From: a bacterium
Lineage (GTDB): Bacteria; Sysuimicrobiota; Sysuimicrobiia; Sysuimicrobiales; Humicultoraceae
Direction of reading: 5' to 3'
Length of the DNA: 64,000 nt
Assembly: GCA_041497675.1 (NCBI GenBank)
Contig: JBGQGY010000004.1
Location: 1,938-65,937, forward strand
The stretch's first letter is position 1. The number at the start of each line of letters is the position of its first letter. Below the pieces are notes generated by a model. That model made no database searches. It was not told the DNA's origin and worked only from the letters and a program-made list of their open reading frames with translations. The translations under genes and the position numbers were made by a program. Positions 9,462 to 18,000 of the stretch are shown piece by piece.

Positions 9462-10383
9462 GGTCCACCAGGGCGACAAAGACGTCTTCCAACGTCGGCA
9501 TGATGGGTGCGATGCGCCGAACATGCACGCCGGCGGCGTCGAGATCGGCGCGGAGCGCCGCGGTGGCCGCGGTGGGGTCGCGCACGAGCGCGTGGATGGC
9601 GGTGCCGTAGAGCGCCGCGGCACTCACCAGCGGTGATGCCTGCACGACGTCCAGGGCCGGCATCCATTCATCGGCCTGCACCTCGAGCAACTGCCCGGGC
9701 ATGTGGCGCTGCTTGATCTCCGACGGCGCCCCTTCCGCGACGATCCGGCCCCCGTGGATGAAGGCGAGCCGGTCGCAGTGCTCCGCCTCGTCCATGTAGT
9801 GCGTCGTGACCATGACGGTGGTGCCCTCATCCGCAAATCGATAGATGAGATCCCAAAATTCGCGTCGGGACTGCGGATCGACGCCGGAGGTCGGCTCGTC
9901 GAGCAGCAGCAACTCCGGGCGGTGCATGATCGCGCACCCAAGCGCCAGACGCTGCCGCCATCCGCCGGACAGCGTGGACACCAGATCCCGTTCGCGGCCG
10001 GCAAGACCCGCGGTCTCGATCCACCCCTCCACTTTCCGGCGACGCGTCGCGTCATCGAGCCCATACACCCGGGCGTAAAAGTCGAGCTGCTCGGTCACGC
10101 TCAAGTCGGCGTAGAGACTCGACCGCTGGCTCATGTAGCCAATGCGCGACTTCAAGTCCTCGGCCTGACGGCGCACGTCAAGGCCCAGGACCTCTGCCTC
10201 ACCCTCGGAAGGATCCATGATCCCGCACAGCATCCGGATCGTCGTCGACTTGCCCGCGCCGTTGGGTCCGAGAAAGCCGAAGACCTCGCCGCGGCGGATC
10301 TCGAGATCGACGTGATCCACGGCCACCAGGTCTCCGAATCGCTTGGTCAACCCGCGTGCGATCACCGCGGCGTCAGGCGGCAT
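9454..10383 (-). CDS. ABC transporter ATP-binding protein (second ATPase of the efflux pump)
   Basis: Walker A GPNGAGKST, signature LSGGWRQRL, Walker B LLLLDEPTSGVD, H-loop TTHYM. The ATG at 10383 was verified. Confidence 0.9.
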   Translation of the reverse strand: MPPDAAVIARGLTKRFGDLVAVDHVDLEIRRGEVFGFLGPNGAGKSTTIRMLCGIMDPSEGEAEVLGLDVRRQAEDLKSRIGYMSQRSSLYADLSVTEQLDFYARVYGLDDATRRRKVEGWIETAGLAGRERDLVSTLSGGWRQRLALGCAIMHRPELLLLDEPTSGVDPQSRREFWDLIYRFADEGTTVMVTTHYMDEAEHCDRLAFIHGGRIVAEGAPSEIKQRHMPGQLLEVQADEWMPALDVVQASPLVSAAALYGTAIHALVRDPTAATAALRADLDAAGVHVRRIAPIMPTLEDVFVALVDHA

Positions 10384-11335
10384 GCTGATCCTCCGGGGGC
10401 GCGCCTGACGACGCCATCAGCGTAATGAAGACGTCCTCCAGTGACGGCGGGGTGACGCGAATCGAGCGCACCTCAACCCCCGCGCGCTCCATGGCCGCCC
10501 GGACCACCGGCTCGGCCGCCGCGGCATCGATCACGGACAGGTGCAGCGTGTCACCAAAGACGCTGCCGGTCCGCACGATGTCGAGGCCACGCACGGCCGC
10601 CAGCGCCCGCCGGCGCGGCTCGGCCGCGACCTCGAGCACGTGACCGGTGGTGCGCGCCTTCATCTCCACGGGGGTGGCAACCGAGAGCAGCCGGCCCCCA
10701 AAGATGAAACCGATCCGCGTGCAGCGGTCGGCTTCATCCATGTACGGCGTGGCGATCAGCACGGTGGTGCCCCGCCGGTTCAAGTCATACAGGATGGCCC
10801 AGAACTCGCGCCGCGAGACGGGATCCACACCGGTGGTCGGCTCATCGAGCAGCAGCATACCCGGTTCGTGGATCATGGTGCACGCGAGTGCCAGTTTCTG
10901 CCTCATCCCGCCCGACAGGTGCTCGGCCAGATGCTGCTGGAACGGACCCAGCCGGCTGAAGGCCAGCAGACGTTCAAACCGGCCCGGTATTTCCCGCGGC
11001 GGGACCTGGTATGCCTCCGCAAAAAACCGGAGGTTTTCCGTGACGGTCAGGTCGCGGTACAGCGAGAATGCCTGCGGCATGTAGCCGATCCGCTGGCGGA
11101 GCAGCTCGGGTTCGGTGCGGACATTCGCGCCCGCGACCGTGGCCGACCCTTCGTCGGCATCGAGCACGCCGGCGAGGATGCGAAGCAGCGTCGTCTTGCC
11201 GGCGCCGTCTGGGCCGACAAGCCCGAACACCTCGCCCGGCCGCACGTCGAACGACACGCCGTCAATCGCCGCCACACGGCCGAAGCGACGCCGCAGCGAG
11301 TCTACCGTGATGCCGTGCGGCGGGATCACGGTCAT
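10373..11335 (-). CDS. ABC transporter ATP-binding protein (first ATPase of the efflux pump)
   Basis: Walker A GPDGAGKTT, signature LSGGMRQKL, Walker B LLLDEPTTGVD. The ATG at 11335 was verified. The stop overlaps the next ATPase. Confidence 0.9.
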   Translation of the reverse strand: MTVIPPHGITVDSLRRRFGRVAAIDGVSFDVRPGEVFGLVGPDGAGKTTLLRILAGVLDADEGSATVAGANVRTEPELLRQRIGYMPQAFSLYRDLTVTENLRFFAEAYQVPPREIPGRFERLLAFSRLGPFQQHLAEHLSGGMRQKLALACTMIHEPGMLLLDEPTTGVDPVSRREFWAILYDLNRRGTTVLIATPYMDEADRCTRIGFIFGGRLLSVATPVEMKARTTGHVLEVAAEPRRRALAAVRGLDIVRTGSVFGDTLHLSVIDAAAAEPVVRAAMERAGVEVRSIRVTPPSLEDVFITLMASSGAPPEDQHAA

Positions 11336-11338
11336 AGA

Positions 11339-12652
11339 TCAGGGCGTCCCGGTGTGGATCCGCGCGTCGGCAGGCATGCCGGGCTTGAGCAGGCCGTCTT
11401 TGTTGTCGAGGGTCACGCGCACGGCAAACACGAGCTTCACGCGCTCCTGTTTGGTCTGCACGTTGCGCGGCGTGAACTCGGCCTGGTTGGCGATTTCGGT
11501 GACGCTCCCGTCAAACGGGCGGTCGGGGAAGGCGTCGACAAACACCTCTCCGCGCTGTCCGACCTTCACCTTGCCCAGCCCTTTTTCGGGGACGAAGATG
11601 CGCAGCCACACCGTGCGGACTTCGCCCAGGGTGAGCAGGGACGTGCCTGCCCCAACCACCTCGCCCGGTTCGATGTTGCGGGAGAGCACGACGCCGTCGA
11701 TGGGCGATGTCAACGTCGCGTTGGCCCGCAGCGCCTGCACATATCTCAGAGTCGCATCGGCCTGTACGAGCGTGGCCTGGGCCGCCGCGACGTCCTGCTC
11801 GCGCTGCGCGACAAGATCGTTCGCGCCGCGGGCCCCCGCGGCCGCGGCCTTTGCCTGCGCCTGCTGCGCCTGCGCGACCGAGACATCCTGGCGACGGATC
11901 GTGACCTGCGCCTGGCTCGCGAACACCTGACCCAGGACGGCACGCGCCTGCTCGACCTGGCGAGCGGCGGCGGTTTCTTGAGCGGCGGCGGCCCTTTCCT
12001 GTGCGGCCAGCACCTCGACCGCGGCCCGAGCCGCTTCGGCCGTCTGCGCCGACACGGCGCCGTCCCGATAGAGCAGGTTGGCCCGCGCCAGGTCGTCTTC
12101 GGCGCGCTTGAGGCCGGCCCTGACCGCGGCCCGGTTGGCGGCCGCCGCGGCCTGCGCCGCTTCGGCCGTGGCCACCGCGGCGCGTGCCTGAGCGACCTGC
12201 TGCTCCCACTGCTGCTCGGTGAGCGTCACGGCGACATTGGCCTGGGGCACGCGAACCTCGGCCGCGCGCTGGGCCGCATCGGCCTGCTCGATCGTGGCGA
12301 CCGCCTGTCTGCGCTGCGCGCGCAAGGCCGCGTCGGCCTGCGCCACGCGCACGCGTGCTGCGGTGACCGCCGCTTCAGCCTGCGCGATCTGCGCGTCGAG
12401 CTCATCTGTATCGAGGCGTATCAGGACCTGTCCGGCAGCGACGTTGTTACCTGACTCCACCAGGACCTGCTTCACGCGCCCGGGGATCTTGGCGGCAATC
12501 TGCACCTCTGTCGCCTCGATCGTCCCGGACCCGTCGATGAAGGGCCCGTTGGCAGCGCGCTCCTGCCGCACCCTGGAAATGGCATACGCGGCGAGCGCCA
12601 GGACGATCACGATTCCGACGATCGGGACTCGCCGCCGGCGTGGGGTCGCCAT
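11339..12652 (-). CDS. HlyD-family membrane-fusion (periplasmic adaptor) protein
   Basis: MATPRRRRVPIVGIVIVLALAAY is a single TM anchor. A long Ala/Gln-rich coiled coil follows, then a beta-barrel/lipoyl region (EVFVDAFPDRPFDGSVTEI...PGMPADARI). The ATG at 12652 was verified. Confidence 0.85.
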   Translation of the reverse strand: MATPRRRRVPIVGIVIVLALAAYAISRVRQERAANGPFIDGSGTIEATEVQIAAKIPGRVKQVLVESGNNVAAGQVLIRLDTDELDAQIAQAEAAVTAARVRVAQADAALRAQRRQAVATIEQADAAQRAAEVRVPQANVAVTLTEQQWEQQVAQARAAVATAEAAQAAAAANRAAVRAGLKRAEDDLARANLLYRDGAVSAQTAEAARAAVEVLAAQERAAAAQETAAARQVEQARAVLGQVFASQAQVTIRRQDVSVAQAQQAQAKAAAAGARGANDLVAQREQDVAAAQATLVQADATLRYVQALRANATLTSPIDGVVLSRNIEPGEVVGAGTSLLTLGEVRTVWLRIFVPEKGLGKVKVGQRGEVFVDAFPDRPFDGSVTEIANQAEFTPRNVQTKQERVKLVFAVRVTLDNKDGLLKPGMPADARIHTGTP

Positions 12653-12653
12653 G

Positions 12654-14033
12654 CTACTCCACCGGTCCTCCCGCCGCGCGTTCGAGTTGCGCGCGGGCGA
12701 CATTGACATTGAAGAGCGCCTGAATGCGATTGCCCGCCGCCTGCGACTGCGCGGCCTGGGCCAGGATGACTTCTAGGTTGGTGGAGACCCCCGCCGCGAA
12801 GCGGACGTTGGCGATCCGCAATCCTTCCTCCGCCTGTTCGACCGTCTTGTCGGCGGTCACGAGCTCCTCGGCGGCCGATCCATAGGTCAGCAGCGCCCGG
12901 CGGATGTCGAGCTCGACCGCCTGCCGCAACTGCGCTTCACCGACCCGTAGCTGCTCAACGCGTAGTTCGGCTTCGCGGACACGTTGCGTCGTCACGCCGC
13001 CGTCGAACAGGGGGACGGTCGCCGCCAGCGTGACGCTCCACCCCGCAGTCGCCGAACCCGTGGATGTCCCACCGACGCTGTTGCCATAGTTTGGCCCACC
13101 GGAGAACACCAGCGCGGGCCGACCTCCGGATTTCGCGACCTCGATGGCCGCCGTCGCGGCCTCGAGACGCGCGCGCAGCTCCGAGAGCTCCGGTCGCGCC
13201 TCGAGCGCCCGGCGAATCAGGGCCGCGGTGTCGCCGCGCACCGTGACCATCGTCATCGTTTCGCGCGGGGCGAGCGCCGTATCCAACGGGAGGTTCGCGA
13301 CGGCGTTGAGCCCGTGCTGGGCCAGCGCCTGCGCGTTCCTCGACCGGATCAACCCCTGACGCGCGTTGGCGAAGTTCACCTCGGCCTGGATCTCGTCAAA
13401 CCGGGGAGATACACCGGCGGTCACCCGCGCCCTGGCCACGCGCAGGTTCTCCTCGGCCGCCGCCACAGTGCGCTGCGCGACGTCCATGCTGGCCTGCGCC
13501 AGCAGCAACTGGAAGTAGGCCTGCTTCACGTCGAGCACGAGTTGCTGCTTTACGCGTTCCAAGGCGGCGTCGGCCCCCTTGAGATTGGCCTTGGCCAGCG
13601 CGATCTGTGACTCGATGCGGCCACCGGTCAGCAGCGGGACCTGATAGGTCAGCGCGGTGGAAAACAGATCGGAGCTCGGTGGCGACAGCGTGATTGTCAA
13701 CGGCGCGGGTATGATTGGCGGCGTGGCCGGAATCGTGATCGTTGAGCCGGCCCGATCGTTGATCCGCGTGTACGAGCCCGTCAACACCACCGTGCCAGAT
13801 CGGAAGCCCTCGGCCTGGGCGAGTTGGGCGCGCGCGACCTGGCTCTCGAAGGCGGCGATCTTCAAGGTCAGGTTGTTTTGTGCGGCGAGCGCCAGCGCTT
13901 CAGACAGCGTGATCGTTCGGGGCGCCGGGGCGGCCGGTGGCGTCTGCGCCGCGGCCTGGGGAGGCGCCGCGCCGGTCACCAACGCCACCGCGCAGCAGCC
14001 GGCCAGGAATCGGATCAGTGATCGTGTGCTCAC
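12654..14033 (-). CDS. TolC-family outer-membrane efflux channel
   Basis: GTG start at 14033 (verified). A signal peptide (LAGCCAVALVTGAAPPQAAAQ) is followed by two repeats of the TolC coiled-coil/beta-barrel module (LSEALALAAQNNLTLK...). Confidence 0.85.
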   Translation of the reverse strand: MSTRSLIRFLAGCCAVALVTGAAPPQAAAQTPPAAPAPRTITLSEALALAAQNNLTLKIAAFESQVARAQLAQAEGFRSGTVVLTGSYTRINDRAGSTITIPATPPIIPAPLTITLSPPSSDLFSTALTYQVPLLTGGRIESQIALAKANLKGADAALERVKQQLVLDVKQAYFQLLLAQASMDVAQRTVAAAEENLRVARARVTAGVSPRFDEIQAEVNFANARQGLIRSRNAQALAQHGLNAVANLPLDTALAPRETMTMVTVRGDTAALIRRALEARPELSELRARLEAATAAIEVAKSGGRPALVFSGGPNYGNSVGGTSTGSATAGWSVTLAATVPLFDGGVTTQRVREAELRVEQLRVGEAQLRQAVELDIRRALLTYGSAAEELVTADKTVEQAEEGLRIANVRFAAGVSTNLEVILAQAAQSQAAGNRIQALFNVNVARAQLERAAGGPVE

Positions 14034-14050
14034 GTGTGCCTCCGCCGTGA

Positions 14051-14695
14051 TCAGACTGGCACCCGGTGGTTGAGGGCGCCGTGAAGAAATTGCCTGACAG
14101 CCTCACGCACGAACGTGCGGTACATGGACGGGGTCATCCGCCTGCCCAACAAGACCCGCTGGCTCAGCGTAACCATGAAGATCATGGCGGGGAACGCGCG
14201 CCCGGCCACCGCGGGGTCGAGGTCCCGCCGGTACACGCCACGGGCCATCCCTTTTCGTAGATGCGCCTCGAGCATCCCGGCGGTCGCCATCGGCATCAGC
14301 CGCATGTACTCTTCGCGCGCGCGCTGGCTGAGATGGGGTAGCGCCGAGAGAAAGACCTTCACAAACCGGACGTTGCCGCTCACCCGCTCGACCATCGCCT
14401 CGCCCATGGCAATCAGGGCGCGCTCGGCCGCCTCGGCCGTGTCGACTTCGGGGAGCGCCGCGAGCTGCTCGAGCACCGGCCCGGCGATATGCCTCGGAAT
14501 GTGGATCAGCAGGTCTTCTTTGCTGCGGAAGTAGTTGTAGATCGTGCCTTCAGCGACATGGGCGGCGCGGGCAACGTTTTCGATCGTCGCGGTCGCGTAG
14601 CCGCGGTCGGCGAACACGCGCGCAGCGGCCCGCAGGATCTGCCTGCGGCGCTCGGCGCTGTGTGTTCGGCGGTCGTGCGCGGGCAGGCGTGGCAT
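14051..14695 (-). CDS. TetR/AcrR-family transcriptional regulator
   Basis: The helix-turn-helix ATIENVARAAHVAEGTIYNYFRSKEDLL is the TetR_N signature. The start is taken at MPRLPAHDRR (14695). It sits immediately upstream of the efflux operon. Confidence 0.85.
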   Translation of the reverse strand: MPRLPAHDRRTHSAERRRQILRAAARVFADRGYATATIENVARAAHVAEGTIYNYFRSKEDLLIHIPRHIAGPVLEQLAALPEVDTAEAAERALIAMGEAMVERVSGNVRFVKVFLSALPHLSQRAREEYMRLMPMATAGMLEAHLRKGMARGVYRRDLDPAVAGRAFPAMIFMVTLSQRVLLGRRMTPSMYRTFVREAVRQFLHGALNHRVPV

Positions 14696-14714
14696 CGGAG
14701 TCGGTGCGCCAATT

Positions 14715-14760
14715 AATGAGTGGGTGCTCACTCCAAGAAATGAGTGAGTGCTCACTCATT
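14715..14760. promoter_or_regulatory. Tandem palindromic operator pair upstream of the TetR gene (putative TetR binding sites)
   Basis: 14738-14760 is AAATGAGTGAG-tg-CTCACTCATT, a perfect 10-bp inverted repeat with a 2-bp spacer. 14715-14733 is an imperfect copy, AATGAGTGGG-tg-CTCACTC. Both lie 20-65 bp upstream of the TetR start codon. Confidence 0.5.
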
Positions 14761-14803
14761 TTACTGCTGGCGGTCACCGCCTGTCAACGCACGTGACGCG
14801 CGA

Positions 14804-15406
14804 CTATCGCCAGCGGGCGAGTGCGGGATCGTGCGCCAGCATCCAGGCTTCGTTGAAACGCCACGGCGACAGCGCCGCCGGCTGGACGATCACCTGTTTG
14901 GCGGTCCACCGGACATCGTCGCGGGCGCGCGCGGTACCGTCGGCCTGATGGCGCCACTTCACGTCCTGGGTGAGAAACCAGAGGAAGTGCGTGTAGGTCG
15001 AGGCGACGATCTCATCCACCGTCATCTGTCCCGTATCGAAAACCCCGATCGGGGATTCACCCGACGGATCGGTGCGGTCGAGCAGCAAGACGAACGGGCC
15101 GCCCGCGCCGTCGTTGCCCACCTCCACGTAGGCGTCGGTCCAGCCCAGCGGGCCCCAGTACGAGCGGGCCTGGCGGGTCGCGAAGACGAGATCGAGCGCC
15201 GACTGGATCGGCGGCACGCCCATCACGGGCTCGCTCACCATCATGCCGCCGTTGAACGTGCCCAGGACCGTGCGCATCGATCGCGGCAGGCGAACGCCCA
15301 GCTCATTTTCGGACTTCGCCAGATCGCGCTCGGACGCCGGGGGGTTCAACCGGATCACCCCGGGGTCGAAAAACCCGAGCTCACGCAGGAGGTCGTCAAT
15401 TCCCAT
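14804..15406 (-). CDS. SMI1/KNR4-family protein (SUKH superfamily)
   Basis: MGIDDLLRELGFFDPG...LGVRLPRSMRTVLGTFNGG...DGAGGPFVLLLDR is the typical SMI1/KNR4 pattern. The ATG at 15406 was verified. Confidence 0.6.
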   Translation of the reverse strand: MGIDDLLRELGFFDPGVIRLNPPASERDLAKSENELGVRLPRSMRTVLGTFNGGMMVSEPVMGVPPIQSALDLVFATRQARSYWGPLGWTDAYVEVGNDGAGGPFVLLLDRTDPSGESPIGVFDTGQMTVDEIVASTYTHFLWFLTQDVKWRHQADGTARARDDVRWTAKQVIVQPAALSPWRFNEAWMLAHDPALARWR

Positions 15407-15426
15407 CGGGCGGCATCGGCTCCCGT

Positions 15427-16263
15427 CTACCGACTGCCCGCCCGCCAGCCTCGGAGCCAGCGGCCTGGCTCGACGATGGCCTCCCCACCGGCGCCCTGGC
15501 CGCGGTACGTCGCCAGCGCCAGATACCGGTCGATCCTCTTGTCGGCGGGCTGTTCTGACTCTACTAATACCCCAATGCCGACGACCTCAGCCCGGCACTC
15601 GCGCATGAGGTCGTGCACGCCGCGGGCGGTCCCTCCACCGCGCAGAAAGTCGTCGATGAAGAGCACACGCGCACCCTCCGGGATCGCCCGGAGCGGCACC
15701 GTCATCGATTGGACCAGCCCGGAGGAGCCCGAAACATAATTCACGCTGACCGACGGCCCTTCGGTCACCGGCCCTCGCCGGATCGTCACCAGCGGAACGC
15801 TGAAGGCCCTGGCCGTCATCAGCGCGAGCGGGATCCCCTTCACCTCCATGGTCAGTACGACATCGGGACGCCCGTCGGCGAACAAGGTGGCGAAGACCTC
15901 CCCGATCGCCTCGGCCATTGACGGGACTGAGATCAGGTCTGTGGTGTGGAGAAATCCCCCCGGCTGCGCCCGACCGGGCTCACGGAGACGCCCGCAAATC
16001 TCCTCAATGAGGCCGCTGATCTGCTCCGGCGTTCGAAGCGGGACGTAGCGAACGCCGCCGGCCGCGCCCGCCACGGTCTCGACGCGGCCGAGGCCAAACC
16101 GTTCGCAGACACCGCGCAGGAAGGTCAGGTCCTCGCTCACCGTCGACTTGGCGACATTCAGCAGTTCGGTGAACGCGGACAGCGAAAACAGCCGGTAGGG
16201 CGCGTTCATCAGCCGCTGCGCGAGGACAACCATGCGCTCACCGCGTCGCAGCCGAGCCGGCAT
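15427..16263 (-). CDS. purR: Purine operon repressor PurR
   Basis: The N-terminal wHTH (AKSTVSEDLTFLRGVCERFGLGRVETVAGAAGGVRYVP) and the C-terminal PRTase fold (VLFIDDFLRGGGTARG) match the Bacillus PurR architecture. Confidence 0.8.
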   Translation of the reverse strand: MPARLRRGERMVVLAQRLMNAPYRLFSLSAFTELLNVAKSTVSEDLTFLRGVCERFGLGRVETVAGAAGGVRYVPLRTPEQISGLIEEICGRLREPGRAQPGGFLHTTDLISVPSMAEAIGEVFATLFADGRPDVVLTMEVKGIPLALMTARAFSVPLVTIRRGPVTEGPSVSVNYVSGSSGLVQSMTVPLRAIPEGARVLFIDDFLRGGGTARGVHDLMRECRAEVVGIGVLVESEQPADKRIDRYLALATYRGQGAGGEAIVEPGRWLRGWRAGSR

Positions 16264-16264
16264 C

Positions 16265-17023
16265 TTAGTGGTCGGGCCCGGCCTCGACCGCGGCGCGCAA
16301 GATCGCGACGTTGCCGGGCCGCTCGGCGTCGAGATCGAGGGCGAGTTCCGGGCCATCGAGGATCACAGCCTTGCCATGGACCCCGGCGACCTCGAAGATC
16401 CGGGTTTCCATCTCGGCGATCGTCAGGTTGCCGGCGGCGAGTTTCAGGACTGTTGTCCATCCGAAGAGCTGCGCCAGCAGCCAGGGCTTCTTCCGGCCGT
16501 CGATCACGCGTTGCACGAGGGGTCGCACTTTGTCGATGAGGGCGGGATTGAAGAGCAAGACGCTGCCACCGCAAAACACGCCGTCGGCCACGCGGACAAA
16601 CGTCTTTTGCGCATCCGGGAAGCGTCGGTGGAGCGCGGCCTGAGGAACGACGGGATAATAGAACCCCGCCTCACCGGTGCACAGGTCCAGGAAGTGACTG
16701 AGCGCCTGCGGGGTGATCAACGGGAGGTCGGCCGCCACGGTCAGCACCAGCGGCACGCCGGTCAAGTACGCCGCGGCCGCGGCCATATTGTCGATCAGGC
16801 TCGGCTGCTCGGGGATGACCTCGATGGAAGGATCGACCAGCGCCCGCACCGGTTCGACCGGTCCAACGACGACGATCCGGTCGACAGACTGGGTCGCCCG
16901 AATCGCGTCCACGACGCGCGCCAGCAACGGGCGGCCGCCGAATTCGAGAAACGCCTTGTTAGGCAGTCCGGGGGCGAGCTGCGGGTCCGGCGGCCCGCCG
17001 GCCAGGACGATCGCCGCGGGCAC
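16265..17023 (-). CDS. Nucleotidyltransferase-family protein (MobA/IspD-like NTP-transferase fold), function uncertain
   Basis: IVLAGGPPDPQLAPGLPNKAFLEFGGRPLLARVVDAI...VDRIVVVGP reads as an NTP-transferase Rossmann core, but it lacks the canonical GxGxR(M) of IspD and MobA. The GTG start overlaps the ispE stop (TAGTG). Confidence 0.55.
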   Translation of the reverse strand: MPAAIVLAGGPPDPQLAPGLPNKAFLEFGGRPLLARVVDAIRATQSVDRIVVVGPVEPVRALVDPSIEVIPEQPSLIDNMAAAAAYLTGVPLVLTVAADLPLITPQALSHFLDLCTGEAGFYYPVVPQAALHRRFPDAQKTFVRVADGVFCGGSVLLFNPALIDKVRPLVQRVIDGRKKPWLLAQLFGWTTVLKLAAGNLTIAEMETRIFEVAGVHGKAVILDGPELALDLDAERPGNVAILRAAVEAGPDH

Positions 17024-17889
17024 TACCTCTCCTCGGCGAAGGTCCGCGTCACAAATACATCGACGTCCGGCAGCTGTCTGAGATCCTCGGCGACGCGCTG
17101 CGCCGCCGCGTCGTTCGCCATGAGGCCAAAGACGCTCGGGCCCGTCCCGCTCATCGCCGCCCCGTAGGCCTCACCCCGCAGGATACGGCTCTTGAGCTCG
17201 CCCACAACAGGATGGCGCCCCACGATCATCTCTTCGAAGACGTTGCCGAGCAGCCGGCCGACCCCGGGCACGTCGTGGCGGCGGATGGCCTCGACCAGGG
17301 CCGCGACCTGTGGGCGGGCGGATTGGTCATTGCCGTGAAAGTGCTTGTAGGCCCATTCGGTCAGCACAGAGATCCTCGGGCAGGCCAGGACCACCCACGT
17401 CGGCGGCAACGCCGGGAGCGGCTGCAACCGGTCGCCGCGACCACGGGCGACCGCCGCGCCACCGCTCAAGAAGAAGGGGACGTCGGACCCAAGCCTGGCG
17501 GCCAACGCTGCCAGCTCGCGCCCATCCAGCCGCAGCTTCCACATTTGGCACAACCCCATCAGGGTCACGGCGGCGTCGGCGCTCCCCCCACCCAGACCGG
17601 AGGCCACGGGAATTGTTTTGCGGATCTCGATTTCGACCGGGCGCGGCACCTTGTATTCCTCGCGCAGCAGGGCCGCCGCCCGATAGACCAGGTTCGTGCT
17701 GTCAGACGGCACGGTCTCGGCGTCCGCCACGACGGTGATGCCTTCCCCAGATTCGCGGAGTGTGATCAGGTCGTGGAGGACGACGGTGTGCAGGACGGTT
17801 TCGATGTCGTGATAGCCATCATCGCGCTTACCGAGGATGTTGAGGGCCAGATTCACCTTGGCGTAGGCGTTGAGGCGGAGCTCCTTCAC
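17023..17889 (-). CDS. ispE: 4-diphosphocytidyl-2-C-methyl-D-erythritol kinase
   Basis: AYAKVNLALNILGKRDDGYHDIETV...IPVASGLGGGSADAAV is the GHMP-kinase signature with IspE-specific N-terminal motifs. Confidence 0.9.
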   Translation of the reverse strand: MKELRLNAYAKVNLALNILGKRDDGYHDIETVLHTVVLHDLITLRESGEGITVVADAETVPSDSTNLVYRAAALLREEYKVPRPVEIEIRKTIPVASGLGGGSADAAVTLMGLCQMWKLRLDGRELAALAARLGSDVPFFLSGGAAVARGRGDRLQPLPALPPTWVVLACPRISVLTEWAYKHFHGNDQSARPQVAALVEAIRRHDVPGVGRLLGNVFEEMIVGRHPVVGELKSRILRGEAYGAAMSGTGPSVFGLMANDAAAQRVAEDLRQLPDVDVFVTRTFAEER

Positions 17890-18000
17890 GAGTCGAGCCT
17901 CCTGAGCGTCAGAGCGGCACTGGAGGGGTTAGGTGTCCAAGGGCGCAAGTCCTCTGCGCCTTCATTGCGTGACACCAGACCTTCTCGTAAGATAGGACTC

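Noticed and set aside
10541-12454. 637-aa plus-strand ORF across the ATPase and HlyD genes
   Set aside because: An antisense artefact, extremely Arg/Gly-rich. The minus-strand genes have Walker motifs and verified starts.
17212-18000. First 263 codons of the 698-aa ORF upstream of the LCP gene
   Set aside because: They overlap ispE antisense and have R/P/G-rich composition. The LCP protein starts at the in-frame GTG at 18001 just before its TM helix.
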